64,000 nucleotides of DNA from the human T2T-CHM13v2.0 reference genome, Homo sapiens, in NCBI RefSeq assembly GCF_009914755.1, contig NC_060935.1. One strand, written 5' to 3'. This document shows positions 1-15,769 of this stretch, piece by piece; position 1 is the stretch's first letter, and each line of letters begins with the position of its first letter. Both the position numbers and the translations under genes were made by a program. The notes beneath the pieces were generated by a model. That model did no database searches, had not been told where the DNA came from, and worked only from the letters and a program-made list of their open reading frames with translations.

Positions 1-416
1 TCTTGTACTTTTCTGTGTATGTTGAAAACACTGACAAAGTTAAAATATATCAATATAATCTATATATCTGCAAGAAGAATGGCAAAAATACATATACTGT
101 TTTCTAGGTTATTTTTCCCAAAGATCTCCCTACTACTTACTCAAAAAGAAAATCATTTACTTATTTTTAATCTGCCACCTGAATGAATCTGGCAATTTTT
201 AGAGAAACAAAACCACCCCTCCAGAGTAGGGTGGGGATACTCAGCACAGGAACTATTTATTTAAAGGGGCGTCTCTGTCAGGACAACTAGGTTTTTAGCA
301 ACAAAAACCTAGCAACAGAAAAAACAAACAAACAAAAAAACACAGGTAGTTGTTCTTCTATTTCAATCCCTATTTCACCATTCCCTTAGTTTACCAGGCT
401 TTTAAGTAGGACTTCA

Positions 417-725
417 CTGGTTTTGACCAGTGGCCCCCAAAAAATATATATCCACATCCTAATACCTGGACCCTGTAAAGACTGCACTATTTAGAAAACA
501 ACTTTACAAATTTAAGTTAAGGATCTTGAGATGAACTCATCTTGCATTTCAGGTGGGCTCTAAATCCAACAATAATTATCCTTATAAGAGACAGAAGAGG
601 CACAAATACAAAAGAGAAGGCCACGTGAAGGGAGTGTGGCCCTGCTGACATCTTGATTTCGGACTTTAGCCCTTCGGAACTTAAATAAACTTCTGTAAGC
701 TACCAAGTTTGTGGTCACCTGTTAT
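417..725 (+). mobile_element. ERVL-MaLR solo LTR (MLT1B/C-like), internally deleted
   Basis: MLT1-type motifs: tggcccccaaaa..atatccacatcctaatacctgga, aaggatcttgagatg, ggccctgctgacatcttgatttc, aataaacttctg..ccaagtttgtgg. Confidence 0.7.
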
Positions 726-1081
726 CTTACCTTCTGAAACATTTCCCTACCAATTCAACTAGCTACCTAACACAGCACCTGCCACGAGCTCTACCTGGTC
801 TAGAATTTCACCCCACGTTGACTTTACCTGCTCTAGAATTTCATCTCACATTTACTGTGCTCCTCCCTACACTCTTGCCTGAGCTCCTACCCTTAGGTAC
901 TATATGTATAAATATGTGTAACCTAGTCTAAAATTGTCATCATCTGTAGCAAAAGTAAGTTTGCACCATTTTTGGTATTATCTGCTCAAATACAAGAACT
1001 GGTAAAATGACAGGGCAGCATGGACACAATTATAGGTCCATAAAAACACAGCATTACTGAGCTTGGTCTTCATATAAGAGA

Positions 1082-1396
1082 AAACAGGTGGCGCTTGGTT
1101 ACATGAATAAATTCTTCAGTGGTGATTTCTGAGACTCTGGTACACCCACCACCCAAGCAATGTGCACTGTACCCAATGTGTAGACTTTTATCTCTCCCCC
1201 TTCCCCACTACTCCCCGAGTCCTGAAAGTCCCTCAAAGTCCATTATATCATTCTTATGCCTTTACATCCTCATAGCTTAGTTCCCACTCATAAGTGAGAA
1301 TATAGGCTATTTAGTTTTCCATTCCTGAGTTACTCCACAGAGAATAATAGTCTCCAATTCCATCCAGGTTGCTGCAAATGCCATTATGTCATTCAT

Positions 1397-1454
<58 letters not shown>

Positions 1455-2728
1455 ACATTTTCTTTATCCACTCATTGGCTGATGGGCATTTGGGCCAGTT
1501 CCATATTTTTGCAATGCGAATTGTGCTGCTATAAACATGCATGTGCAAGTATCTTTTTCGAATAATGACTTCTTTTCCTCCGGGTAGATACCTAGTAGTG
1601 GGATTGCTGGATCAAACAGTAGATCTACTTTGAGTTCTTTAAGGAATCTCCACACTGTTTTCCATAGTGGTTGCGCTAGTTTCCATTCCCAATAACAGTG
1701 TAAAACTGTTCCCTTTTCACTGCATCCACGTCAACATCTATTATTTTTTTATTTTTGATTATGGCCATTCTTGCAGGAGTGAGGTAGTATTGCACAGTGG
1801 TTTTGATTTGCATTTCTCTGATAATCAGTGATGTTGAGCATTTTTCCATAGGCTTGTTAGACATTTGTATACCTTCTTTTGAGAACTGTCTATCCATGTC
1901 CTTAGCCCACTTTTTTGTGGGATTGTTTGGTTTGTTCTTGCTGATTTGTTTGGCTTCTTTGTAGATTCTGAATATTAGTCCTTTGTCTGATGTACAGATT
2001 GTGAAGACAGTCTCCCATTCTGTAGGTTGTCTGTTTGCTGATTATTTCTTTTGCTGTGCAAAACCTTTTTTGTTGCATTCACTTTTGGGTTCTCAGTCAT
2101 GATGTCTTTGCATCCTGAAACTCTGCTGAATTCATTTACCAATTTTAAGAGCTTTTTGGATACGTCTTTAGGGTTTTCTAGGTATACAATCACATATCAT
2201 CAGCTAACAGGGACAGTTTGACTTCCTCTTTACCGATTTGGATGCGCTTTCTTTCTTTCTCTGATTGCTCTGGCTAGGACTTCCAGTACTATACTGAATA
2301 GAAGTGGTGAAAGTAGGCATCCCTGTCTTGTTCCAGTTCTCAGAGGGAATGCTTTCAACATTTCCCCATTCAGTATAATGTTGGCTGTGGATTTGTGGTA
2401 GATAGCTTTTATTACCTTAAGGTATGTCCCTTCTATGCCAATTTTGCTGAGGGTTTTCATCATAAAGGGATGCTGGATTTTGTCAAATCCTTTTCTTGCA
2501 TCTATTGAGATGATCATGTGATTTCCATTTTTCATTCTGCTTATGTGGTGTACCACAATTATTGGCTTAAGTATGTTAAACCATCCCTGCATTCCCTGGT
2601 ATGAAACCCACTTGATCATGGTAGATTATCTTTTTGATATGCTGTTGGACTCAGTTCACTAGTATTTTGTTGAGGATTTTGGCATCAATGTTCATCGGGG
2701 GTACTGGTCTGTAGTCTTCTTTTTTTGT
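1082..2728 (-). mobile_element. LINE-1 3' portion (L1PB-like), ORF2 remnants plus 3' UTR, with internal deletion near 2110
   Basis: Minus-strand ORF fragments match L1 ORF2 ([25 protein letters not shown]; [14 protein letters not shown]; MIVYLENP; [11 protein letters not shown]). 3' UTR ggttacatgaataaattcttcagtggtgatttctgaga is L1PB-type. Confidence 0.9.
1398..1457. repeat. (CA)n microsatellite inside the L1
   Basis: Direct dinucleotide run. Confidence 0.97.
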
Positions 2729-2835
2729 TCTTAATATTTTCTTATTTTCATTTTGCCTACACAGATCAAAATAAATGTTGATGTGAATAGTAAATCTCAC
2801 ATTTAAAGAAATACAAATTTCCCTTTGTTTATAAC

Positions 2836-3550
2836 TCATTCATCAGTTAAACAAATATTTACTGGTCATTTGTTACATCCTAGCTGATGAGAAAACTTCA
2901 GAAAACAAAATCTTTGCTCCCAGGGACTTTACATTCTAGTGGGGATTACAAATGTTTTTAAAGGATTATTTATTGGGTAGTGATAAGTGCTTTAGCGTGT
3001 TAAAGGAATGAAGAATGCTCAGGACTGCTGCTTTAGATAACGCTTTCAGAGAACTCCTTCCTCTGTGAGGTGGGGACATGAACAGAGGCCTAAATGAACT
3101 GAGTGCATTACGTGGATCTAGGCAGATGGGTGCACAGCTGCAAAGGCCTCGGGGCAAGAGCACACTTGTGTCCAGTGTGGTGCAACAGTACGGTGAGGGC
3201 AACAAAGTGATAGGAGAAAAGGCTCCAGAAATAGGGCCAAACCAGGCAGGGCTTTCCAAGCTATGCAAAGAACCCCTGAAATGAGGAGCTACTGAGAGCC
3301 TTTTTGCAAAAGAGGAACATGACTCTCCTTACACTGAGAAGGATAATCTGGCTGCTCTATAAAGACTAGACCAAGTAGGGCAAAAATCACACCAAGAGAC
3401 CAGTTTAAGGCTACTGCATTGATCCAAAGAAGTGAGAGTGATTTAGACTAGGGTGGTAGCAATAGAAGTAGTGAGAAGTGGCCCAACTGAAGACGCATTT
3501 TGATGGTAGGGACAAGGGAGTTTGGTGAGGTAGTAGGTATGGGGCAGAGA
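2836..3550 (-). mobile_element. Ancient L2 fragment
   Basis: tcattcatc..aacaaatatttact start and typical L2 body (tgcaaaggcc..gcaagagcacacttgtgt; ctggctgct; gactagggtggtagcaatagaag). Confidence 0.7.
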
Positions 3551-4104
3551 AAAAGTAAAGTCACCACAGTGCCAGCGGTTTTTGATGACTCAAGGAAAAA
3601 TTCAATCTTCTCAATTATAGTTCTGACTAACCCTAATTTCTCTTCTAAGCTTGAGTGAAATTAATTAATCCTGAATCTGCCATCCTAGAGACCAAATATC
3701 ATGGAATTTATTTATAGTCCTTGCAAACTTTGAGGATACAGAGCACCTTCATATTAAAAGATTTTTCCTTCTAACTCTTATACCCTCCCAGGAATAATTC
3801 CTAACCATTAACCCACATAAATGGTGCTTATGCCTTTCTGTGCCCTTTCTTCTCCCCTCTCTTCACACTTCTCATGACCCAGTCAGAGAAAAATGTTGCA
3901 CAGTGAGGACATGTAAGTGAAAAATCTACCAATGGCCATTTACAATCAGGGATTTCATGCACTACTGGATTTACTAGTCATTTCAGCCTCCACTACCACC
4001 ACACATCTATAAATGTCAGTAACAGGTGCTCTTATACACTTAAGATTATTCTTACATGCATGAGTAATACATACACTGATGGGATTTAAAATAATCAACT
4101 GCAA

Positions 4105-4230
4105 ATTGGGTGTGGTGGCACGCACCTGTAGTCCCAGCTACTTACAAGGCTCAGGTGGGAGGACTGCTTGATCCCAGGAGTTCCAGGGCAGCCTGGTTAA
4201 GATGCTAAGACCCAGTCTCAAAAAAATAAA
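4105..4230 (+). mobile_element. Alu monomer (FLAM-like)
   Basis: gggtgtggtggcacgcacctgtagtcccagctac..gcttgatcccaggagttc..gtctcaaaaaa, single arm. Confidence 0.85.
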
Positions 4231-4351
4231 CCAACCAATTGCATAATCATAGAACTTATTTTAAACACACACACACACACACACACACACCTCTAACCAA
4301 ACATAATTAAGACTTCTGATGATGCAATAAAGTGTTATTTTCACAATAATA

Positions 4352-4661
<310 letters not shown>

Positions 4662-4779
4662 TAATAATTTTTCTAAGCCCTCGCATATTGTACAGCTTAT
4701 TAAATAGTACAGACTTTCCTATTTCCTATATAGTCTTTCTACTTCTAGTCTTTGCCCTTTTCCAGAACATTATTTTATA

Positions 4780-5000
4780 CCTAACTTTTTTTGTGTGAGC
4801 ACTTACTCTGTTAGAACATGCAGTAAGCATTCTGCAGCATAATCTCATTTATGCATCACAGCAGCGCTGTAAGGAGGGTACTAGCATTACCCACATTTTG
4901 CAGATGAGTAATTTTAGGATTGGTCAGATGACCAAAATTACCCAGAATGACAGAGCCAGGAGCTGTCCCAGAAGTGAGGCCTCTAGAAGCTCATTTTCCA
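4780..5000 (-). mobile_element. MIR
   Basis: cccacattttgcagatgagtaa core, cagagccagga. Confidence 0.6.
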
Positions 5001-5556
5001 AACTAGCATTACACTAACCACCTTTTAGTTAGTTCACCTAGAATAACCCTCCTAAAATAGAAATTGGATGATACCAATTCTGCTAAAATACAATACCTAG
5101 AAGCACTTTCGACACCCATAAAAGAGCGTCCGAATTCCTTAGCACATTAGGGTTAGCATCATCTCTAATGGACCCCCTCACTTCCCACATTGCTGCTAAT
5201 ATAGATTACTGGCCATTTTCCAAATATGCTCTATACTATTCCACCTGTGTCTACTCTCACGCTAATCCAAAGCCTTCCCCCTCCATCCTCAATCTGTGCA
5301 AACAGCCAACTCTCTAAAATCCAACTCAAATGCCACTCTCAGTTAAATTTTTTCCCAAAACTTACAACACATACACACACACAATTACTTAAAAAACAGA
5401 CTTTTTGCACCAGCAGATCCCAAATTTCTTCTCCTATCTCTCAGACTACAAATTCTAAGGCAGGAACTGTTGTTTGTAATCTTCATTTCCTACACAGCAA
5501 CTGCACAGTTACTATGCGCAGTGACAAATTAAATAATTTCCCCTATACTTTTTCAT

Positions 5557-5665
5557 TTTTTTTTTCTGAGACGGAGTCTCACTCTGCTGCCCAGGCTAGA
5601 GTGCAGTGGCGTGATCTCGGCTCACTGCAACCTCCGCCTCCTGGGTTCAAGTGATTCTCCTGCCA
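5557..5665 (-). mobile_element. AluS 3' fragment (5'-truncated)
   Basis: T-run then gagacggagtctcactctg..cactgcaacctccgcctcctgggttcaagtgattctcctgcc. Confidence 0.9.
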
Positions 5666-6469
5666 ACCTCATCATACAATATACCCCCACAGCCAAGGGT
5701 GACTAGACATATAAATTTCTTGGTAAAGTTATAGCAGTTTAGCAAGATAGCTATTACTGCAGACTTTGGAGTCAGACTGCCTCGGATTCCAATTCCATTT
5801 CTAGCACTTACTAGCTATATGACCTTGGGGAAAAAAAAAAATCTGGTCAAACTGAACTACTTGCTGTTCCACAAACACACTCCCAGTAGTTTTCTGCCTC
5901 TGTAAATTCTTACTGGAATGACCCTTCCCTAATTGTGCTACCCAGCCTTCAGTAGGCCCATCTCAAGTAATTTCCTTTTCTACAAGCTTTCCCTAGGTCT
6001 TCAATAAATTCACACAGTACCTAGTTTACCCTTCTCACAGGATATTTATATTGCCTTGTGGTATACTTACTTTTAGTTGAATTACTCTTGCGGGCCAAAG
6101 CTGTCTTGTCTCTGAATTCCTTTAGATACACAACACAAGACCTTAAACAAGTATTAAGTATTTGTGAACTAAGCAAAAAGTAAGTAATCTGATGATATCA
6201 GTTTTTCCTCTTCCTTCTCACAAGCCCTAAATGCTTGAGAGTGAGATTAATATTTTCTTTTATATTTTTTGTCATTATATCATAAGAAACCACTGCATAA
6301 AGCTTTTCTATCTTTAATATGGTTTGAAAAAAATTTTGAGTCTGCAAAAGCTAATTTTATGTAAATTTTAAAGACTAAGTTTAAAAGTAACATTTCAACA
6401 GAGGAAATAGAAAGAAAGGTTCCTGGAGAAATCTGGGAATCCAAAAGAGAGGACAATGTACAGTTTAAC

Positions 6470-6700
6470 TCCGTGGTTAAGAATATGGACTTAGGAATGA
6501 GACATTCCTGAATTTGAATTCTTGCTCCACTATTTACCATCACTGCAGCTTTGAGCAAGTTATTTAATTTCCTTAACACTTCATTTTTTCACTCATAAAA
6601 TGGGGATCTTGGTACCTATGAGATGTAAGGAATAAATGAGCTCACATGTACAAAATGTATATGTCAGTACCTGATACACAGCTTACATTCAATAAATGAA
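6470..6700 (+). mobile_element. MIR
   Basis: gtggttaagaatatggact..tttgaattctt..ttgagcaagttatttaatttcc..ttcactcataaaatgggga. Confidence 0.75.
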
Positions 6701-6870
6701 GTTAAAATTTTAAAACAAAAAATATTTTAATTAAAGGACATAGATACATGGTAACTTACACTTCATTAAAACTTCATTAAATTTCCTTTTATTTGGAAAG
6801 GTAAGAAAAAATAAAATTTGCATCAAGTGTTATAATAGCCAATTTTGATACTATAAAAACAGACAAGTAG

Positions 6871-7155
6871 TCCAGGTGCAAGAGCTCATGCCTATAATCC
6901 AGTGCTTTGGGAGGCCGAGGTGGGAGAATCACTCGAGCCCAAGAAGTCAAGACCAGCCTGGGCAACAGAGCAAGCCCACATCTCTACAAATAATTTTGTA
7001 AAAATTAGCCGGGTGTGTTGGCGCACATCTGTAGTCTCAGCTACTCAGAGATTGAGGTGGGAGAGTCACTTGAGCCCAGAAGGTCAAGGCTGCAGTGAGA
7101 CGTGATGACACCACTGCACTCCAGCCTGGGCAACAGGGCAAGACCCCATGCAGAA
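6871..7155 (+). mobile_element. AluJ
   Basis: Full dimer, gagcccagaaggtcaaggctgcagtgag. Confidence 0.92.
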
Positions 7156-7654
7156 AAACAAGAAACCAAAAACAGGTAAGTAGATACTCTACTGGATTTA
7201 GTAAAAACAAAGTCTATGTAACAAGTTCTCACACAGAAGCCCTTCGAAGTCACAAAACAATAATTTTGACTGGATCATTCAGTAATAAAAATCCCAATGA
7301 CATACTAAATCCAAGATGCTGCCTCTCCAGAAAAAGACAAAAATTTTAAAAAGTATTCAGTAATGTTCAAATAAATTTAGACTGTGTAAATATAATAAAG
7401 CAAGAATGACCAATAAAAACATAGTATTTACAAATAGGGTGGTAAATCCTGGTAGGGAGGAAGCTGAAAGAGCTGAAAAACATTGTTTCTATAGAGTAGA
7501 AATGGGAGGCAAGCTGGGATAGGGTCAGGAGACTGTTGCTTTTCTTTGAAAGTCTCATGGGAGTATTGCTTTTTAAAATTATGTTTGCAACTTAGTTGAT
7601 GATAATACAAACTTATTCTAAAGGAATGTTTATTATTATAATTGTTTTACAGGC

Positions 7655-7780
7655 AGGACCTTGGTTAGGGTGAGACAAGCAAACCACCTATGGTGCAAAA
7701 TTTTAGGAGTCACCACTCTCAAGGCCAAGTACTTGAACATACTTACTCAACCCCGCAAGTGATACCTCCTCCTAGCCCTG
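7655..7780. mobile_element. hAT-Tip100 MITE (MER96-like)
   Basis: cagg..tagggtgagacaagc..ggtgcaaaattttaggag..ctagccctg resembles recalled MER96 ends. Confidence 0.5.
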
Positions 7781-7944
7781 TTCAGAGGGCTAGTGTTTTA
7801 GGAACTCAACACAAATGTCATAACCTCAAACAACTGAGGGATTTGAGCTGTTACACTCACTTATGGTATGCAATAAAATATACTGTTCAATACATAACAC
7901 ATTTCTAAAATTACTACCTACAAATATACATAAAAAGAAACCTA

Positions 7945-8399
<455 letters not shown>

Positions 8400-9726
8400 T
8401 CAGCTCCCAAACCACCTCTACTAACTGCACACACACACCTACCTGCACATTTTCCCATGACAACTTCATCCACTTCAATGGCTTCATCTACCACCTCTAC
8501 GCATGCAACTTAAGTACAAATCCATATTCTTCAACTCTCTAGCCACCCAACTCCCTCAACTTTCACTTCCACATTGCCAATTACCCCCTACATAGCACCA
8601 AATGAATGTTTCACTGGCAATTCAAAGTCAGTCAAAAATAAACCATCATCTGTCCACATATACTAGCTCATCCTCATTATTTTCCAATGTGCATTAAGAC
8701 TAATGCAATAAATCCCCAAGTCCCTCAGGTTTAAAACCCAAGAGCTAGTTTTAACTTCCACCTCTCCCTTACTCCATATATAAGGTTTAGAAATCTGTCA
8801 TCCAACTTCTGTAATTTGACATCTAGTCTACCTCTCATTCCCAGAAACACATTAGTTTCCTTTTCATAATCTATGTCCTGAAATATTACTAACAATCATA
8901 AATAAGTAAATATGATACAGTACTATCCTCAATACAAAGCATAAAACATGGCAAAGAACAGGTAAGCAACAAATGTTTCTGAATAATAAGTGGAAAAAAA
9001 TAGTCTTCCCAGCTCCTATCTCTCCTACCTCCACCAAACCATTCTGCAGATATTCCATCTTCCTAAAACATAGTTCTCATCAAGTCACAAGAACCTTCAT
9101 TTACCAATGTCACATGAATAAAATAAAAATTCCTCAGCTTGGCATTCAACCATTCCAATATGAGGACTCTTTGTCTCTCCTCCAAGTTACATCCCAATTC
9201 TAATCCACTAGATACCTGCTTTGTTTTCCCATCTCTGTCTTTGTTCATGTGCCCCATAAAATGCCATTATCAGAATTTTACCTCTCAGAATTCTACCATT
9301 CAAAGCCCAGCGAAAATGTCATCTTCTCCACCCCCACAAGCCCAAAGTAACCCGCACTTTCCTGTATTAGAGCTCTCGTAGCACTGTGACACTTTCTTGT
9401 GTCACCATATTGTGATCTGGAATTAAAATTATTTCTCAATATGTTGCATTTACTACCAAATGTATTTTAAGTTCCTTGTGAACAAGTACAGAATTTTTAC
9501 TTATTTATCTCCTATTATACCTAATATAATGCCTGGCACAACAGAAAATAAGAGACCTGTGCATCAATAATAAAATACAACAGCAGTTGCAGTGGCAAAT
9601 TTGAGTTCTTTATAAATACCAGATACTATTCAAAGCACTATAACATTATTTCATTTATTCTTCATAACAACTCCATGAGGATGGTACTATTATTTCCATT
9701 TTGCAGATAAGAAAACTGAGTCAGAG

Positions 9727-9752
9727 TGAGAACCCTGTCTCAGAAAAAAAGA
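9727..9752 (+). mobile_element. Ultra-short 5'-truncated Alu 3' end inserted in a MIR
   Basis: tgagaaccctgtctc plus A tail flanked by perfect 18-bp direct repeats aagaaaactgagtcagag (9709-9726, 9753-9770). Confidence 0.75.
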
Positions 9753-9992
9753 AAGAAAACTGAGTCAGAGAGATAATTAACTTTGTCAACATTTAACACT
9801 ATTCCTCAATTGTATAAATAATTCTGCAAATAATGTATCTGCATATATGGTTAGTTCCATATTTTGCACTATTTCTTTAGACTCTAAAAATTATAACATT
9901 CAGTCAAATAGTATGGATGTTGTAATGGTCTTTCACATTTATTTTTTAAACGTTTTCTAAAAGGATTAACCATTTTATAAAGCTATCAATAA

Positions 9993-11207
<1,215 letters not shown>

Positions 11208-13535
11208 TATGAAGGTAACAATTTTATTGCCTCCTATCAGCTTAGTATATCACCATTATTTTCCCATTCTCCTGGTTCAAGTAGCCAAAGAATGACATGC
11301 ATAATTCATTGTGTTAAATAATAGTGCCTTTAAGGTTACGACCAGTGTTTAGGGGTGGTTGTTGCTAGTGTTATAAACAATATCTTAAGAGCTACTATGC
11401 CTAAATAATTTATTGGAAGTTATTTCACAGTATTTTCTCAGATAAAAGGAAATCACTTAACCTACAAAGATATTCACTAAACCTTTGATAATATTTGATT
11501 CATTCATTTATTCAATGGATATTATTCAATAGATTAGCTATTCATTAAACATTTATTTATAGCTCATTGGAATCAGAAAACTATACTAGTCCCTGGGAAT
11601 AAATCAATAAAATACAATCCCTGCCTTCAAGGGGAATGAGAATTTTTTAAGCATCAGAGTCATCTTGAGCTTGGGGAAATTGGTTCAAAGATCAGAAACT
11701 CATTTAAAGAGGGGTCCCCCTCATGTCAGTTGTAACACAGATTCCAAGAAAAAGTATTCTATTTCATACAGAGAAACGTACCCAAATGTGGCAGAACTAA
11801 CGAAAGGTCAAAAATTTCAACCAAAGTATCATCAAATAAGGGACTCAGTTAGAAAAAGTAATAGCTGGGATAACACAATCTATAAAAGCATGAATAGTCC
11901 ATAGACTTTGGGTCATCAAATTCAAAAATATAAATTAGTAAAATGTTTTGATAATGAATAAGATAAGTAAGAAAAAGATAAATTTTACTTCCCAAAGCAT
12001 GAAATAAAATTATGAAAGCCAATACCTCGAAATCCAATAAAATGAACCAAAAAGGTTCTGGAAAAAATTGACACAAAGCTATAAATCACTAGTCAAAGAA
12101 CCAGGGCAATACTTAACCTTTACGCGACAATCAGAGATGAAAATCATGCTCTCCCATAGCAGTAGACTATTTTTGACTATAGGTCACTAGTGGCAATTGA
12201 ATGCTGAGATTAAATCTTTGGTTTGATCCATTTTAGCAATTTCTATTCGACCTTCTATCTCTGTAGGCATTTCAAACTAATTTTGCAGGGTGATCAATTA
12301 TAACATTGGGGTGGGATTTTAAAAGGGCCTATCCTCTGCCTGTTTTCCTCCTCTCAAACGTGTCTCTACCATGAACCATGCTGTTAAAATAGGTCTTTTA
12401 AGAGAAGATGTGTATCATAATATCAGTGTTTCAGTTTGGAACCTGATGGTAGCTGATTTCACCTTCACATTCATTTCAGCTTAAAGGCAGCATTTCCCAC
12501 AGAGTACCTCTTTTTTCCTCACTAGGTCTACCTTCCACGCTCTATAGTAAATACACTGACATAGTAGCAAGTCTCATTCATCATCTGGCCACAGGCCCAG
12601 CCATCCTTTGCATCTAGTAAATTGTTAATAATGTATATTAAATGATTAAAAACAATAAAATGCTTATTCCACAATTCTCAGGAGTAGAAAATTATTACGC
12701 CCCCATATAAACAACTCTTGGTTAAAGATCAAGTCTGTTTACATGCTAAAAGTATAAATGATGTGCAGACCCAGTTTTGTTCATCATTCAAAGCTGGATA
12801 TGAGGCAAGTTGCCAGCAGTGATAAGATCTTAAACTGATTAAGTTCATTCCTATGTCTGTCTTCTCATGTATTCATACTTCCTGTTTCATGACTTCAAAG
12901 TAACCAGTAACTACTTTTTTAAGGATTTTAAAGACACCTCACAAACAACATACATCAAAGGAGGAGAAATATACAACTATTCTGACAATACTTCCTCCAA
13001 AATAAAAATGTACCAAATTATATTAATCTGCCTTCAAAGAAATTTATCTTAAAAATATGTTTATTTCATCTTCCAGTTTATATTAAAGGAAAAAAAGACT
13101 TTCTTTTACATCATATGAAAGGTATGATACAGCAATTTTCCATCCATCTTTTGAAGCACATTTTTAAAACATTAAAACACTGCAGAATTTATAAGCACAA
13201 CCTTTGCATTCTAGTAGAAATGTTTTCAGGATAAAAAAAACTCTTGTAATAGCAAAACAGGAATAAAATATATGTTTTCAAAGCATTAACTACAAATAAC
13301 TTAGAATTCTCCAAGTATTACAGGGAGAGGCATGCAATGGGCTGATCCCTCTATGGGTCATAAAATGAAATTCAGTCAATGGAAATTTTTCTTTTACTCA
13401 TTTATTCTACCTTCAAATTAAATAAACTCTAAATTTATGCAACAAAAAGAAAATTAAAAAACCCAAACATCTTCCCCCTGAATTATTTATATACAATCTG
13501 ACCAAATCATAGCATCTGATTAAAAGGAAAGTGAG

Positions 13536-13731
13536 GGCCGGGCGTGGTGGCTCACACCTGTAATCCCAGCACTTTGGGAGGCCGAGGCGGGCAGATCACG
13601 AGGTCAGGAGATCGAGACCATCCTGGCTAACACGGTGAAACCCCATCTCTACTAAAAATACAAAAATTAGCAAGGCGTGGTGGCAGGCACCTGTAGTCCC
13701 AGCTACTTGGCTGTCTCAAAAAAAAAAAAAA
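13536..13731 (+). mobile_element. AluY-like element with ~100-bp deletion in the right arm
   Basis: Left arm intact; agctacttgg joined directly to ctgtctc-polyA; TSD aaaaggaaagtga at 13522-13534 and 13732-13744. Confidence 0.92.
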
Positions 13732-15434
13732 AAAAGGAAAGTGAAAGCTTATCTGATCCAGCCTATCTGACCATCTAGGAAAGATTTGTTTCCTTCTAGA
13801 AGTTCTATAAGCTTAACATTCCCTAATATCCAACTCAAAGCATTCTACATCAAGAATGACTTCCTTGCGATGCGATGCAGTGTTTTTATTTATGTCTTGG
13901 CTCCCGTTATTTCGATTTAAAATTTTAAAAATTTACTCTTAATCAAAATCTAAGTGAAAATCATTCTATGCTTCACCAACACCTCAACAACTCCTGAACA
14001 AAACATCTTTATAAGTAGTGCTCTGTGCCTAAATCACCCCAGCCTCCTTTTACTTAAGCTAACTAGGACATTTTCCAACCTTTTGATTATTCTTTTGTTG
14101 TGGTATTGTTTTCTGTGCTGTCTACAGATAAATAATACATATAAACGTCATAACACAGTGCCTGGAATATAAGTCTTTAAAAATGTTATCACTATTATTA
14201 GTTTCTCATATACTTCCAAAAACCTGACTGAATCCTCCTCTCCTCCTTTTCCTGTACACGTGCTTCCCCATCAGTACTGCTGATGACTCAAGCTAGAGTT
14301 AACTATGACCATGTGTTTTTTTCTGCTGTATTTGCATTTAGCCATAACCTTGTGTACTCAGCTTTACTGTGTGCCTATTGTGTCCCAGGTACTGTGCAAA
14401 ACATAGTATATAGTGAATAAAGCAGGCATGGTCTCTGTCCTCATGGAGCTTGGAGTCCATTTCCTCTAAACGTGGTCACTTAGCAAACCAAAAGAAAAAG
14501 ATAACACAATGCCACACGAATTAGCTCTTACAACAAATGGTGCAAATGGTAATGAATTAGATAAAAAGATTAACAGGTTTCCATAAGACAGAGGATACAT
14601 TTAAAAGAGAATCTTTCTAGAATTCATTAAGAACAGCACAAAATATCCTAGATAACCAATGAGTAAAGCAACTACATGGCAAGTTAAAAATATAAAGACA
14701 CTACTGAGACACACCAAAAAAAAACTTTGCAGTCTATAAGGTGAAGAGGATTGGGTTTCACTAAAAAAACAGTAATACTCTTTATATACATACAGTATGT
14801 ATTAAAAAAAGTAATACTCATACATATATATATATACACACACACATACATATATACATACACCAGAGTGCAAATCAACTCAGAAGTATCAATTCGAAAG
14901 GATTTCGCATATCTATAAAAAGTACTCTGCACTGGTATTAATACTGAGATTTTTTTATTACCAGTAGATACTTATAAAGACAGATGCTAATGCCAGGTCT
15001 CAACTGCAGACTACAATCTAAGACACTGCTGCTGACTCACTGTTACACAATTAAAGCGGTTTCCCAAAGTAGACTCATTTTCTACCACATGAAAATCTAT
15101 CCCGAACTGTTTTCCAATATGTGGAATTCTTGAAGGGCTGCAATTCAAGAGTGAGACTATAAGAAGAAGAAAGCCATAAACTAGATCAAGTTTATTCACT
15201 CAAGAAATGACTAAATAAGGAAACAAATGGAATAACAGAAACATTTGATATCCACCACACCTTAATTTAGTCCTTTAAAAAAGTTTTGGGTTTTTTTAAT
15301 GAAAACATCTAGAGGCAGCAATACTAGAAACAGCAATGCTGGTACTCTGAAATCCAGTAAATCCAGAATTAGACTCCAACTTTGCCACTTAACTGGTTGT
15401 TTGATGTCAATTAATGTTCCCCTTTAAGACTGTG

Positions 15435-15769
<335 letters not shown>

